Source of the DNA: Protoeuglena noctilucae
Lineage: Eukaryota
NCBI GenBank assembly: GCA_958009085.1
Contig: OY253674.1
Coordinates: 434,001 to 498,000, forward strand
DNA length: 64,000 bases
Direction of reading: 5' to 3'
A program made the translations under genes and the position numbers. The notes beneath the pieces were generated by a model, which did not search any database, was not told where the DNA came from, and saw nothing but the letters and a program-made list of their open reading frames with translations. Positions 63,093-64,000 of the stretch are shown piece by piece. The number at the start of each line of letters is the position of its first letter. Within the stretch, counting starts at the first letter, position 1.

Positions 63093-64000
63093 CTACATAC
63101 AAGGCGTGGGCGTGGCCTGCTGCTCCTGGCTGCGCGCCACGCTCGTCTTGAGGATCTCTTCGCAGTTGGACTTGAAAAGAGCCTCTCGGTCCACCGCAGC
63201 CTTGATCTGGCGGGCCCGCTCGTCCTCCGACAGCTGCGCATTGCCCTGCAGGAGGCGGCGTGCTGTGTTGGTCAACTCAACAGCAACGGCTTATTGACAG
63301 AGACACCCGCTCCCCGGGCCTTTGCATTCCGCCCGCCTCGCCTTGATGTACGCGAGGAGGTCCTGGGACCACATGGAGTAGGTGCGCCGGAGGTTGCTGA
63401 CCAGCGTCACCATCTCGGGGGTGACTTTGAGCATCGTGCGCAGCAGGGGCTGCAGGATGGCCTCCATGAATGACATCTGCGGGGAAGCGACGCGTCTCAA
63501 AGGGATCTGGGGATGAACGTCGGGCTCTGTGCCAGCGCCTGACAATCGCTCGCTCGGCCAGCTGCCACGGGCGCTAAGCAGTACAGCGAGCAGACCCTGC
63601 CCATCGCGAGCGACAGGGTGCGTTCGACCCCCGGCTTTTTCTGCAACTGACCTGGGAGTCCGGCACGACCACCCGGGTCTTGTCGCACATGGCTGTGACG
63701 GTGAGTCCCATTTCGGACTCCTGGTCGCCCTGGCGGAAGAACTCCGTCATCACCCTCTGCGACCACAATCACCGACACATCGCAAATATGACAGGTGATA
63801 CACGCTCGGTCACAAGTCTCCGCAACGCTGAGGGCGATCGGGCCGACGGCGATGCCGCAGCTGCAGCTACGCGCTAGCAGCCCTCGCCTCGCCCCAGAGT
63901 CGCGCCACGTCGGGGGGCTTCATCTGCGCGCCCACGTCGGCGATGTGGAGCTGCGGGACAGGAAAGGCGCGGAGTTGAGACATCGAGCAGGGACGTGCTC
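63093..64000 (-). CDS. 3',5'-cyclic nucleotide phosphodiesterase, C-terminal part (gene continues beyond the window)
   Basis: LHIADVG...WGE|RVMTEFFRQGDQE...MCDK...SQ|MSFM matches the end of the class I PDE catalytic domain. Confidence 0.9.

Noticed and set aside
1..64000. Non-standard genetic code
   Set aside because: Conserved genes end in TAA, TAG and TGA, and apparent internal stops are explained by introns (or probable indels at 10905).

Overview
This is gene-dense, very GC-rich nuclear DNA from a eukaryote, with about 26 short-intron protein-coding genes in 64 kb. STT7, RHL1, a plant-type ATP synthase 6 kDa-like subunit and a CFAP119-like flagellar gene point to a flagellated green alga; this lineage call is an inference. 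The supplied ORF track is mostly exon fragments and GC shadow ORFs, so I rebuilt gene models by hand from splice sites. Some starts and internal exon boundaries are approximate. I found no rRNA, tRNA, CRISPR array or recognisable transposon. The main highlights are: (1) a RINT1/TIP20-family tethering subunit apparently spliced in frame to a ~1,580-codon acidic Gly/Trp-rich disordered tail, a candidate COPI lasso or AGO-hook; (2) at least 16 inferred GC-AG introns, several with weak donors; (3) three bacterial-type proteins in intron-containing genes, namely a 3D-domain protein, an LTD + OB-fold surface protein and a ViaA-like VWA protein; (4) a tandem GT49 glycosyltransferase whose second domain is degenerate.
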